This document shows, piece after piece, positions 55,103 through 64,000 of a stretch of 64,000 nt of DNA. A program made the position numbers and the translations under genes. Source of the stretch: Saprospiraceae bacterium (lineage in GTDB: Bacteria; Bacteroidota; Bacteroidia; Chitinophagales; Saprospiraceae); assembly GCA_020628145.1 (NCBI GenBank), contig JAHDFN010000001.1, positions 3,278 to 67,277 on the forward strand, in the 5' to 3' direction. Under the pieces are notes generated by a model, which ran no database searches, was not told where the DNA came from, and saw only the letters and a program-made list of their open reading frames with translations. The first letter of the stretch is position 1, and every line of letters begins with the position of its first letter.

Positions 55103-56095
55103 TCAACCATTCAATTGTGTCCAAAGCATATCCTTAAGGGTCGTTAATCCTTCCTGTGTAACCGCAGAAATAAAAACCACAGGAATGCCTTCCGGCAAAT
55201 CCGGCTGGAGCATTTCCTTCAGTTCTTCATCCAACAAATCGCTTTTCGTAATGGCCAATAAGCGGGGTTTATCCAATAGTTCGGGGTTGAATTGTTCCAA
55301 TTCATTTAATAAGATGTCATATTCTTTTTGAATATCATCCGTATCCCCCGGGATCATGAATAATAAGGTTGCATTCCTTTCTATATGGCGAAGGAAGCGA
55401 TGTCCGATACCCTTCCCTTCATGAGCGTTTTCTATAATCCCCGGAATATCTGCCATGATAAAAGAACGGCTATCCCGATAGCTGACTATCCCTAGGTTGG
55501 GTGTCAATGTTGTAAAGGGGTAGCTTCCGATTTTCGGTTTGGCCGCAGTAATGGTAGAAAGTAAGGTTGATTTTCCGGCATTGGGAAAGCCGACAAGCCC
55601 TACATCTGCCAAAACCTTCAATTCTAAAATTTTCCATTCCTCTTTCCCTTCTTCACCCGGTTGTGCATAGCGTGGAGCTTGATTGGTAGGAGATTTGAAA
55701 TGATCATTCCCTAGTCCCCCCCGGCCACCCGAAACAAGGATATGGGTTTCCCCATCTTCAAGAATTTCCATATGGACTTCTCCAGTTTCTGCATCTTTGG
55801 CAACAGTACCTAAGGGTACTTCCAAAATGACATCTTCTCCATCGGAACCGTGTTTGAGGCTTCCCGAACCATTTTCTCCCGGTTTAGCAATAACATGCTT
55901 ACGGTATTTCAAATGTAGCAGTGTCCACATCTGGGCATTCCCCCTGATAATAATATGTCCGCCACGACCACCATCCCCACCATCCGGCCCTCCTTTGGCC
56001 GTTAAACGACTTCGATGGAAATGGGAAGACCCCGCTCCTCCTTTACCGGAACGACAGCAAATCCTTACATAATCCACAAAATTCTGCTCTGCCAT
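55103..56095 (-). CDS. obg: GTPase Obg/CgtA
   Basis: Gly-rich Obg fold ([13 protein letters not shown]). G1 [10 protein letters not shown]3 DIPG, G4 TKSD. Start at ATG 56095. Confidence 0.95.
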   Translation of the reverse strand: MAEQNFVDYVRICCRSGKGGAGSSHFHRSRLTAKGGPDGGDGGRGGHIIIRGNAQMWTLLHLKYRKHVIAKPGENGSGSLKHGSDGEDVILEVPLGTVAKDAETGEVHMEILEDGETHILVSGGRGGLGNDHFKSPTNQAPRYAQPGEEGKEEWKILELKVLADVGLVGFPNAGKSTLLSTITAAKPKIGSYPFTTLTPNLGIVSYRDSRSFIMADIPGIIENAHEGKGIGHRFLRHIERNATLLFMIPGDTDDIQKEYDILLNELEQFNPELLDKPRLLAITKSDLLDEELKEMLQPDLPEGIPVVFISAVTQEGLTTLKDMLWTQLNG

Positions 56096-56178
56096 GATTC
56101 TGAGAATGTCCTGTAAAAAGAATGTCATCATATCCCATCAGGATACGATGACATTCGGTGATAATGATTTAATTTCGA

Positions 56179-56763
56179 TTATACGGTCTGGGATTGTTCT
56201 TCTATCCTATTACAAATCCTATCGAATACTTCTTCAATAGAACCTACCCCATCCACTATGAAAGCCTTATCCACCTGTGCATAATGTAATGCAACAGGAA
56301 TAGTTTCATTTTTATATACTTGGATTCTATTAGCAATAACATCAGAATTCTGGTCATCTGCCCTTCCTGATGTTTTTCCTCTTTCCAGCAAACGATTGGT
56401 CAACTCTCCATCTCCTACCCTCAGCTCAATCAGACAGGTAATGGATTGTTCCATTTCAGACATCAATTTATCCAAAGCATCTGCTTGGGGAACTGTTCTT
56501 GGAAATCCGTCGAAAATAAATCCTTTAGCGTCCGGGTGGGCTTCCACTTCTTTTCTTAATATACCGATGGTTACACTATCCGGCACCAATTGACCTTTAC
56601 TGGAATAACTCACAGCTTCCAAGCCCAAGGCCGTCTTATTCTTGATCTCCCTTCGGAATAAGTCTCCCGTAGAGATATGGTGAAGATTGTATTTCTCCAC
56701 AATCTTTTCAGCTTGTGTTCCTTTCCCCGAACCCGGAGGGCCGAACAATATTAGATTGATCAT
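56179..56763 (-). CDS. adk: adenylate kinase
   Basis: P-loop GPPGSGKGTQ, ISTGDLFR and DGFPRT motifs. Confidence 0.95.
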   Translation of the reverse strand: MINLILFGPPGSGKGTQAEKIVEKYNLHHISTGDLFRREIKNKTALGLEAVSYSSKGQLVPDSVTIGILRKEVEAHPDAKGFIFDGFPRTVPQADALDKLMSEMEQSITCLIELRVGDGELTNRLLERGKTSGRADDQNSDVIANRIQVYKNETIPVALHYAQVDKAFIVDGVGSIEEVFDRICNRIEEQSQTV

Positions 56764-56841
56764 TAACTATAAATGTTTATTGTTTTCGTTTTCAAAACGC
56801 CCTGCAAATTTATAACATTCTAATGAGAAAATTAGTTGGAA

Positions 56842-56874
56842 ATAAAAACGGCCTTCTTTTAAGGAAGGCCGTTT
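56842..56874 (-). terminator. rho-independent terminator of the orphan membrane-protein gene
   Basis: aaacggccttc / gaaggccgttt 11-bp stem (56846-56856 / 56864-56874). On the minus strand it is followed by TTTTATTT. Confidence 0.7.
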
Positions 56875-56905
56875 CGGATATATTCAGTTCCTGACTAATA
56901 GAAAA

Positions 56906-58237
56906 TTAATCATAACTGGTCGGAATATCTTTGGGCATGTCTTGTGGAGTATCCAAGATCTTCACCAAGTCTTCTTCGTTTTTAATTTCGACAGGAGGTT
57001 TAGACGAATCATTTATAATGGAATTGGGATCTACCTCATCATTCTCATAGAGTATCGCCACATTTTTCTTTCCATTGAGCTTATCCATAAAGCCTTTAAG
57101 GGACTTTGCTCCCACATCCTCATTAACCAACTCGGCAACAACGGCAAGGATAGGTGTTCTCAAACCGGAGGCCATACCCAATTCCTGCAAGGCATTCATA
57201 TTGTCTTTTCCTTTTTTAGTATAGGTTTCTTTTAATGAAATCAGATCAAATACGGAACGGATGCCCACATCATGTGCCTTATCGATATCGTCTTTCATAT
57301 GGCAGAGTAATTTGGCCTGTCCAATCCAATCCAATAATTGTCTAGCCTCGAATGGTGTTTTCAAGATAAGTTGGATAATGCTCGTTTGTGCAAGATTCTG
57401 AGCATTATCGATCCCTTCTTCCCAAAGCCTTTCACGGTGGGAGACACTCAACCCTCCGATATGCTTCAGATGGAGTTCCTTATTATTGATATCCGTTCCA
57501 CTGAAAATGGATTTCATCAGTTCCATCAGGTAATTGAAAAACCTTTCCGGTAGGAAACCGGCCATAAATGCCAATCCGGGAATGAATGCATTATTGAATT
57601 GCAAGGTACCGAAAATATTGACCTCTGTTGAAATGAATGAAAATATCAATGCTATCGCACAGGCAAACAACATCCTAAATGCTGCCTTATAATACAGGAT
57701 AGGTGTAATATCTGCATTGGATAAACGTCGAACCATGTTGAAGGAGGCCCAAAGGAAAGCTCCCATAAAACCCCAGGCAATGGTAGCAATGCTTCTTCTT
57801 TGCAAACCATGGGTAGTTAGCTGTGTGAAATCGGTATTTTCTATACTGAGATTACCGAAATACATTCCCATAAAAAACGGGTTATGGCTGAATGTTTTGG
57901 CCGTTTCAATAATATTGCCTTGTGCATCTTTGGTTTCCATGAATAAATGTTCAAAAAACTCAGTAGGAAAAAGAAAGATAGCACTCAACACCGAACTCGT
58001 AATGGTGTAGAAAGCCAAGGGGAGGAGGTAGTTGGAAGTCTTCATAACAGTACTGGGCTTCCGTTCCACTTTTTTCCCTCGGATGTCCTCGTACTTTTTC
58101 TTGAGGCCGAAAGTTTCCATGACTTTCGAATACTCGTTATCTTTTTTTCCTATTTTGAAAAAACGGTACGACCAGAATACGACAAGGCCGAAGCCATTAA
58201 CGATAAAAGCGAAGAGGATTTTGGTAATGAATTCCAT
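56906..58237 (-). CDS. orphan membrane protein with C-terminal soluble region containing a helix-hairpin-helix-like motif
   Basis: 443 aa. About six hydrophobic segments in the first ~250 aa, then HIGGLSVSHRERLWEEGIDNAQNLA (HhH/DUF4332-like), then an acidic tail. It has its own terminator and a divergent promoter region. Confidence 0.4.
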   Translation of the reverse strand: MEFITKILFAFIVNGFGLVVFWSYRFFKIGKKDNEYSKVMETFGLKKKYEDIRGKKVERKPSTVMKTSNYLLPLAFYTITSSVLSAIFLFPTEFFEHLFMETKDAQGNIIETAKTFSHNPFFMGMYFGNLSIENTDFTQLTTHGLQRRSIATIAWGFMGAFLWASFNMVRRLSNADITPILYYKAAFRMLFACAIALIFSFISTEVNIFGTLQFNNAFIPGLAFMAGFLPERFFNYLMELMKSIFSGTDINNKELHLKHIGGLSVSHRERLWEEGIDNAQNLAQTSIIQLILKTPFEARQLLDWIGQAKLLCHMKDDIDKAHDVGIRSVFDLISLKETYTKKGKDNMNALQELGMASGLRTPILAVVAELVNEDVGAKSLKGFMDKLNGKKNVAILYENDEVDPNSIINDSSKPPVEIKNEEDLVKILDTPQDMPKDIPTSYD

Positions 58238-58499
58238 AGTATGGTTTGTTTAATTCTGAATTTCTCCGGAAAAGCCGGTATGTTTTATCAAAGTAGCTAG
58301 CATTGTGCCAATTTATAAACAGGTCTTATTCATGCCAATTATATTAAAATTAATGGAAATGTATGGAGAATGAAAGCCCTAATAGTGATTTTACATGTGT
58401 CTTTAGGTCAAATAACCGTGTTTTTCTGTTTCAGTTTATTCAGATTCTGTCATGATTGATTAGTTTAGGGTTTTAATATCAAAAAAATTCTATTATCAA

Positions 58500-59954
58500 A
58501 TGAAGAGGATTATTACTTGTTTTATTTTTTTGACGGCGACGTTGATAGTTAATGCTCAAATGATTCAGTATGAATTATTACAGACTTATACGCCTGCCGA
58601 TTTGGATCAGTTGGTCATTGATTTTGGTTTAGAAGAGATCAACCTACCTGCCTTCGAGCACAATGTGGAAGCCTATAAGGTTTTATACAATACACCATAT
58701 AAACACATAGATTCGCTTGTGCAGGCCAGTGGGGCAGTATTCATTCCCCGTGGAGCTTCTTGCCCCTTACCTATTGCCAATTATGGCCATGGTACACAAA
58801 CGAAAAGAGAAAATGCATCAAGTAGTTTAAATGGGGGGCAATGGGAAGTTAGCTTAATGATCGCCGGAGCATATGGTTATATGGTTACCAGTCCGGATTA
58901 TCTAGGCTTGGGAGATGCAGACCCCAGGGTTAAAATCCATCCTTATACACATGCATTCAGTCAAGGACATACGTCTTTGAATATGATGCGGTCGGCAAGG
59001 GAGTTGGCAAGCATCCTGGAAGAGGACTTGAATGGTGAAATATTCCTTTATGGTTATTCTCATGGGGGATTCACAACGGTTGCCACGCATCGTATGATCG
59101 AAGAAGAAGGCTTAACCGATGAATTCCATATCGCTGCTTCGGCTCCGATGTCCGGGCCTTATGACTTGATCGATGCTCAAGTGGAACTGATGATTTCCGA
59201 AGAAGAGTATGCCACTCCCGGTTATCTACCGTATATCATACTGTCCTATAAGGAAATGTTTCCGGAACTATTAGCTGACATTAGCATAGATGATGTTTTC
59301 GTTCCTCCTTATGATACATTGTTACCTCCTTTGTTCTATTCAGGTGACTATGGTATCGGTTATATCAATGGTGTTTGCGAGCCTGTTCCAAGAGACATGA
59401 TAAATCCACAAATCATGGCCGATTTTGAAAATGATCCCAATCATCCACTGAGGCAGGCATTAGCAGAAAGCCATATGTTGGACTGGGCGCCTCAGGCACC
59501 TATAAAATTATTCTATTGTAGTGGTGATGAACAAGTAACCTATCTGAATTCGGAATTGGCCTATGATTCCTGGGTTGCAAATGGAGCTCCAAATGTTGAA
59601 AAAGCAAATCTTGGTGCTGAATTAGATCATAACGGATGTGCCGAACAGGCATTCTTCTGGGGATTGTTTTATTTCCAAAATCATAGAACTTGTTTTGGTG
59701 TAAATAATAATGACCTCGTTCGTGAACGCATAGACGTATTTCCCAATCCTGCTAACAATGAAATCAGATTTGAAGGTTTGACAAACCAGGCCGAAATTCG
59801 AATTAGCAATGTTACAGGACAAAGAATCTTATCAGTACGATTGCCTGACGGGGTATTGGATGTTTCTTCTCTTGAAAACGGAATCTACTTTTTTGAATTG
59901 AAGCAGCAAAATGAGGATAAAATCCGAATAGGAAAATTCAGTATTATCAAATAA
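58500..59954 (+). CDS. secreted alpha/beta-hydrolase (lipase-like) with T9SS C-terminal sorting domain
   Basis: Signal peptide. GxSxG nucleophile elbow (YGYSHGG). C-terminus VFPNPANNEIRF...NGIYFFEL is typical of a T9SS CTD. Confidence 0.75.
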   Translation: MKRIITCFIFLTATLIVNAQMIQYELLQTYTPADLDQLVIDFGLEEINLPAFEHNVEAYKVLYNTPYKHIDSLVQASGAVFIPRGASCPLPIANYGHGTQTKRENASSSLNGGQWEVSLMIAGAYGYMVTSPDYLGLGDADPRVKIHPYTHAFSQGHTSLNMMRSARELASILEEDLNGEIFLYGYSHGGFTTVATHRMIEEEGLTDEFHIAASAPMSGPYDLIDAQVELMISEEEYATPGYLPYIILSYKEMFPELLADISIDDVFVPPYDTLLPPLFYSGDYGIGYINGVCEPVPRDMINPQIMADFENDPNHPLRQALAESHMLDWAPQAPIKLFYCSGDEQVTYLNSELAYDSWVANGAPNVEKANLGAELDHNGCAEQAFFWGLFYFQNHRTCFGVNNNDLVRERIDVFPNPANNEIRFEGLTNQAEIRISNVTGQRILSVRLPDGVLDVSSLENGIYFFELKQQNEDKIRIGKFSIIK

Positions 59955-60015
59955 AATCATGTTCAGATTTTACACTTTAGGCTATACTTTCATCTGAAAA
60001 TACTAAGCTCCCAAC

Positions 60016-60052
60016 AAAAAAACGGGGTGGTTCATGAGCCACCCCGTTTTTT
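60016..60052. terminator. bidirectional rho-independent terminator between the lipase gene and ftsH
   Basis: Perfect 14-nt arms aaaaaacggggtgg / ccaccccgtttttt with an 8-nt loop. This gives an A-tract/T-tract in both orientations between convergent genes. Confidence 0.8.
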
Positions 60053-60072
60053 GTTTATATCAGTACTTTGTC

Positions 60073-62082
60073 TTATTTAATTTCTTCCTTCCGATCAAAG
60101 TCTTCCGTATTCTCATGTTCATCTTTTTTCTCGGCAGATGGTTTAGACTCCTCGGTCTTTTCAGCATCCCATGGCCTCAATCCTATCAATTTCACCACAT
60201 CGGATTTCAAAAGCACTTCTTTTTCCAAGAGTTTTTCAGCCAAGGCGACGACTTCTTTCTGTTTGTCCCTCAATAATTGCCGAGCTCTTTTATATTGCTC
60301 ATCAATCATCTTACGAACTTCATCGTCAATTAAAGATGCTGTCTCATCGGAATAAGGCTTGGCAAACTGGTTCTGATTTTGCATATCATAGAAAGAAACA
60401 TTACCGACTTTATCGTTCATTCCATAAACTGCGACCATTCCGTAAGCCATTTTGGTTACCTGATCTAAATCATTTTGGGCACCTGTGGATATTTTACCAA
60501 AGAAAACCGACTCTGCCGCCCGGCCGCCCAAAGTCATGCACATTCTATCCTTGAGTTGTTCTGTTGTCGTTAGGTACTGTTCTTTCGGAAGATATTGGGC
60601 ATAACCCAAAGTACCAATACCCCGAGGAACGATAGTTACCTTCACCAAAGGTGATGCATGCTCCAAAAACCATCCACAGATAGCATGTCCCGCTTCATGA
60701 TATGCAATAACCTTCTTTTCATCCGGTAGGATGACCTTGCTCTTTTTTTCCAAGCCACCAATCACCCTGTCCAAAGCATAATTGAAATCATCCATTTGAA
60801 CACTGGTCTTATTCCGTCTTGCGGCAACCAAAGCAGCCTCATTACATACATTGGCAATATCCGCTCCCGCAAATCCCGGTGTCATTTCAGCTAATACCTC
60901 CGGTTTTACATCTTCCTTATCTATCTTGATATTTTTCAGATGGACTTTGAATATAGCTTCCCTTCCCTTCAAGTCCGGACGGCCAATCCCAATTTGGCGG
61001 TCAAAACGCCCCGGACGCATCAAGGCACTGTCCAAAACATCCGATCGATTGGTCGCTGCCATTAAGATAACGCCCTTGTCCGTACCGAAACCATCCATTT
61101 CAACCAAAAGTTGGTTCAGTGTATTTTCACGCTCATCATTCCCTGAAAAATTGGAACGCCCCCTTGCTCGTCCTATTGCATCGATTTCATCAATGAAAAT
61201 GATACAGGGTGCTTTTTCCCTAGCCTGCTTGAACAAATCTCTTACCCTGGAAGCACCAACTCCTACAAACATTTCAACAAAATCGGAACCTGAAATGGAG
61301 AAAAAAGGAACTTCTGCTTCACCGGCGACAGCCTTTGCCAAAAGGGTTTTACCTGTTCCCGGAGGGCCTACCAAAAGAACACCTTTGGGTATTTTCCCTC
61401 CTAAGGAAATATATTTATCCTTATTCTTTAGGAAGTCCACTACTTCCATAACTTCTTCTTTAGCTTCATCCAAACCAGCTACATCAGCAAAGTTCACATC
61501 TACCTTCGAACCCGAATGTAATGTTGCTTTAGATTTTCCGATATTGAATATTTGTGACCCCGGGCCACTGCCACCTGTACTTACTCGTTTCATAATATAC
61601 ACCCAAAGGAGTATGATAAGGGCAAAAGGCAATACCCAACTCAGTATTGATGCCAGATAATTATATCTCTCATCATGTTCAACCATGAAAAGCTTGTCTT
61701 CGGGTAATTCATTCCGCAGGTCCTTTATATCGTCCAGGAAAGATTCTATGGGGCCTGTCTTGAAAGTATAATGGGGATAAATTCCTAATTTATTTTTTGC
61801 GGCATCCTTATACTCTTCCGGTTTATTTTCCAGACTTTCCTTTTTGAGTTTGACTTCGGCATACGTCTGGTTATCTATGATAAGGATTTTTTCAACATCT
61901 CCTGCCCGGGCAATTTCCTTGAACCTATCGAAATTGATCTTGCTATTGCTCCTGTCTTTCATCAGATAGAAATTGAGCATGAGCAGAACAATGGCGATAA
62001 GGGCATAAATCCAATAGGGACTCATCCCCCCTAATGGATTCTTAGGAATATTGTTCCCGTTATTCTTATCTTCTGTATTCAT
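60073..62082 (-). CDS. ftsH: ATP-dependent zinc metalloprotease FtsH
   Basis: Two N-terminal TMs. AAA+ Walker A GPPGTGKT, Walker B IIFIDEID, SRH region, and HEAGH zinc site. Confidence 0.97.
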   Translation of the reverse strand: MNTEDKNNGNNIPKNPLGGMSPYWIYALIAIVLLMLNFYLMKDRSNSKINFDRFKEIARAGDVEKILIIDNQTYAEVKLKKESLENKPEEYKDAAKNKLGIYPHYTFKTGPIESFLDDIKDLRNELPEDKLFMVEHDERYNYLASILSWVLPFALIILLWVYIMKRVSTGGSGPGSQIFNIGKSKATLHSGSKVDVNFADVAGLDEAKEEVMEVVDFLKNKDKYISLGGKIPKGVLLVGPPGTGKTLLAKAVAGEAEVPFFSISGSDFVEMFVGVGASRVRDLFKQAREKAPCIIFIDEIDAIGRARGRSNFSGNDERENTLNQLLVEMDGFGTDKGVILMAATNRSDVLDSALMRPGRFDRQIGIGRPDLKGREAIFKVHLKNIKIDKEDVKPEVLAEMTPGFAGADIANVCNEAALVAARRNKTSVQMDDFNYALDRVIGGLEKKSKVILPDEKKVIAYHEAGHAICGWFLEHASPLVKVTIVPRGIGTLGYAQYLPKEQYLTTTEQLKDRMCMTLGGRAAESVFFGKISTGAQNDLDQVTKMAYGMVAVYGMNDKVGNVSFYDMQNQNQFAKPYSDETASLIDDEVRKMIDEQYKRARQLLRDKQKEVVALAEKLLEKEVLLKSDVVKLIGLRPWDAEKTEESKPSAEKKDEHENTEDFDRKEEIK

Positions 62083-62169
62083 TAATTTCCTTTTTCGGTA
62101 GTGATTCTTCTATCTATACTCTACTAACGTTTGAAAAGTTCATTGGTTATCGCCGGATGGTATTTATTT

Positions 62170-62559
62170 TCAATCCAGATCTTTATATTCGGTAATAATC
62201 GCATCGCTCCATAATTCTTCCAATTGGTAGAACTCACGTGCTTCCGGATGAAAAACATGTACTACAATATTGAAATAATCGACCAATACCCATCTTGCTC
62301 CGGCAGTTCCTTCGAAATGAGAGGGCAGATTATCTGTTTCCTTTTTCATCCTCAAATAGATGTTATCCGCAATGGATTTGACCTGCACGGTGGATTCACC
62401 TTCACAAATAATGAAAAAGTCGGTAGGAGCATCATCCAAATGACGCAAATCCAATTTCATGATCTTTTTTCCCTTGATATCCCGTATGCTGTCTATGATG
62501 AGGTCATTGAGTGCTTCAATGCTGAATTGTTCTGTTTGTCTTCCTTTATCTATACTCAA
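62170..62559 (-). CDS. rsfS: ribosome silencing factor RsfS (IojAP family)
   Basis: 129 aa. DFFIICEG.S..Q...I and WVLVDY..IVVHVF motifs. Confidence 0.85.
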   Translation of the reverse strand: MSIDKGRQTEQFSIEALNDLIIDSIRDIKGKKIMKLDLRHLDDAPTDFFIICEGESTVQVKSIADNIYLRMKKETDNLPSHFEGTAGARWVLVDYFNIVVHVFHPEAREFYQLEELWSDAIITEYKDLD

Positions 62560-62734
62560 AATGTATCAATGGATTTTTAATTAAGAATATTTTATTTCAA
62601 ATGGCAAAAATAAATAATGGCATATTATAAAATGCCTATTTTTAATCCATATGAAATATAAGTGAGAAAGGAATATTTCCTTCCTTCGGTTTTCTTTATA
62701 ACATTATATCCTTTAAAAATAGGGAATTCTGCCA

Positions 62735-63496
62735 ATGGATGCTCGATATAACACATTATTTCTAGGGAAAGTTCTAAAAGAATACGATATTTTGGATTCT
62801 ACGAACAGTGAGGCAGAACGACTCCTACGAAAAAACAAATTGCCCGAAGGGGCCGTTATCCTTGCCCACAAGCAGGAACAGGGACGGGGCCAGATGGGTA
62901 ACCGGTGGTATAGTGAAGCAGGTAAAAACCTTACGATGACCGTAGTTTTATATCCTCGGTTGGATTTTCCCAAAGAACAATTCTTATTGAACCAAATGGC
63001 TTCCCTGGCAATAAAAGATGTTTTGGATGAGTTGGGGTTGGAGAACGTAATGATCAAGTGGCCTAATGATATCTGGGTAGGAAGTCGAAAGATTGCAGGT
63101 ATTCTAATTCAGAATTCTATTTCACAAAAAAGCATTTCCCAATCCATCATAGGTATTGGATTGAACATCAACCAAAGCCACTTTCCCGAGGGTAGCGGCA
63201 AACCTACATCGCTCCTATCGGAAGGTCTGAAGGTGAATGTAAAAGAGGTATTGGCCCAATTATGTTATTCGTTGGAAAAAAGATATCTCATGCTGAAAGC
63301 CAACCGGAAGGAAGAACTGTCATCGGATTACCACCATCATCTTTTCAGAAAGGACAAGTGGCATATCTATTTGGGAAAAGACGGAATGCCGTTTAACGGA
63401 AGAATTCTCGGAGTAGATGAAATGGGCCGATTATTGATGGATAGCAATGAAGGAAAAAAAGCATTCAACTTCAAGGAAATAACATTCACATCATGA
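62735..63496 (+). CDS. birA: biotin--[acetyl-CoA-carboxylase] ligase (group I, no HTH domain)
   Basis: QEQGRGQMGNRW (GRGRxGRxW-type biotin loop) and KWPNDI..G.RKIAGIL motifs. Confidence 0.85.
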   Translation: MDARYNTLFLGKVLKEYDILDSTNSEAERLLRKNKLPEGAVILAHKQEQGRGQMGNRWYSEAGKNLTMTVVLYPRLDFPKEQFLLNQMASLAIKDVLDELGLENVMIKWPNDIWVGSRKIAGILIQNSISQKSISQSIIGIGLNINQSHFPEGSGKPTSLLSEGLKVNVKEVLAQLCYSLEKRYLMLKANRKEELSSDYHHHLFRKDKWHIYLGKDGMPFNGRILGVDEMGRLLMDSNEGKKAFNFKEITFTS

Positions 63497-64000
63497 AGTT
63501 CAGGACAGAAATAACACCCGACCGCCTCCCCGCAATAGATATCAGATATGGAGATGGGATCTTCTGTATCGGTTCCTGTTTTGCTGAAAATATCGGAGCA
63601 AAACTCAGGCACACGAAATTCAATGTAGATATTAATCCTTTCGGAATCATCTACAACCCTATTTCCATTTCGGAGGGCATATCCCGAATCTTGTCAAGAA
63701 AACCATTTTCTAAAAAAGATATTTTCAAGTATGGCGACCTTTGGCATAGTTGGATGCACCACGGTAGTTTTTCATCATCAAATGAAGAAGAATCTCTCCA
63801 TGTAATGAATCAGAGGCTGAAACAATCCGCCGAAGTATTGGAAAACGCAGGTACATTATTGCTAACCCCGGGTACAGCCCATGTATATAAAAACAAAGAC
63901 TCTGGAAAAATCGTGGCCAACTGCCACAAAGTTCCTTCTGAAAGATTCACAAAGGAAAAGCTAACCATAAAAGCAGTAGTCGATTCTTTGGAAACAGCCA
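63493..64000 (+). CDS. GSCFA family protein (5' partial, runs off the window)
   Basis: Hand translation from ATG 63493 (ATGA overlap with the birA stop) is open to the window end and contains the IGSCFAENIG motif. It is absent from the ORF track because no stop falls inside the window. Confidence 0.7.
   Translation, partial: MKFRTEITPDRLPAIDIRYGDGIFCIGSCFAENIGAKLRHTKFNVDINPFGIIYNPISISEGISRILSRKPFSKKDIFKYGDLWHSWMHHGSFSSSNEEESLHVMNQRLKQSAEVLENAGTLLLTPGTAHVYKNKDSGKIVANCHKVPSERFTKEKLTIKAVVDSLETA

Noticed and set aside
60851-61660. Long antisense ORFs inside well-supported genes: 269 aa opposite ftsH, 184 aa at 19587-20141 opposite mreB, 198 aa at 49606-50202 opposite the SurA-like gene, 158 aa at 30028-30504 opposite the acyl-CoA ligase gene, and 147 aa at 11826-12269.
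   Set aside because: Their products are low-complexity (Ser/Pro/Ile-rich) and carry no motifs. They lie fully within genes whose sense-strand products have unambiguous family signatures, so they are typical shadow ORFs.
1-64000. Looked for tRNA/rRNA genes, CRISPR-like regularly spaced repeats, IS/transposase, integrase, reverse transcriptase, toxin-antitoxin pairs and known defence genes.
   Set aside because: None were recognised by eye in the six-frame products or in the spacers. A tRNAscan/Infernal/CRISPR-finder/defence-HMM run is needed to make this negative result firm.

Overview
Dense chromosomal segment of about 58 protein-coding genes with very little spacer. It is clearly from a Bacteroidota genome: several proteins end in T9SS/Por C-terminal sorting domains, TAnnTTTG-type -7 boxes are present, there is a SurA/PpiC-like triplet, and a kynurenine-pathway 3-hydroxyanthranilate dioxygenase is encoded. 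I cannot place it more precisely. Most of the window is housekeeping: aroA, lpd, lpxH, aat-clpS, mreBCD-mrdA, hmgA, obg, adk, ftsH, rsfS, birA. I found no rRNA, tRNA, CRISPR array, transposase, integrase, phage gene or recognisable defence gene. The accessory-looking part is 28-48 kb. There, a TetR-headed fatty-acid-hydroxylase/acyl-CoA-ligase operon and an SDR/acyl-CoA-dehydrogenase block are separated by an ~11.6-kb glycan locus (31.0-42.6 kb). The best candidate for something undescribed is the translationally coupled 7-gene operon at 31037-38214. It combines a DRE-TIM (HMGL-like) C-C lyase fused to a DUF115/Maf-like domain, a KdsB-family cytidylyltransferase, a HAD phosphatase, a 498-aa orphan that may be a CMP-sugar transferase, an acetyltransferase, a GT4 and an FkbM methyltransferase. 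This has the logic of a Kdo/Kdn/sialic-acid-type CMP-ulosonic-acid pathway but lacks a KdsA/NeuB-type synthase. Secondary items are an acyl-CoA dehydrogenase-SCP2 fusion, an orphan membrane protein with a helix-hairpin-helix-like motif, a perfect 20-bp operator palindrome on the TetR promoter, a possible small RNA between aat and clpS, and two structured gene-free spacers. All functional calls come from motif and architecture recognition by eye. No database search, HMM or folding program was run, and the G+C statements are hand counts of single 60-nt lines.
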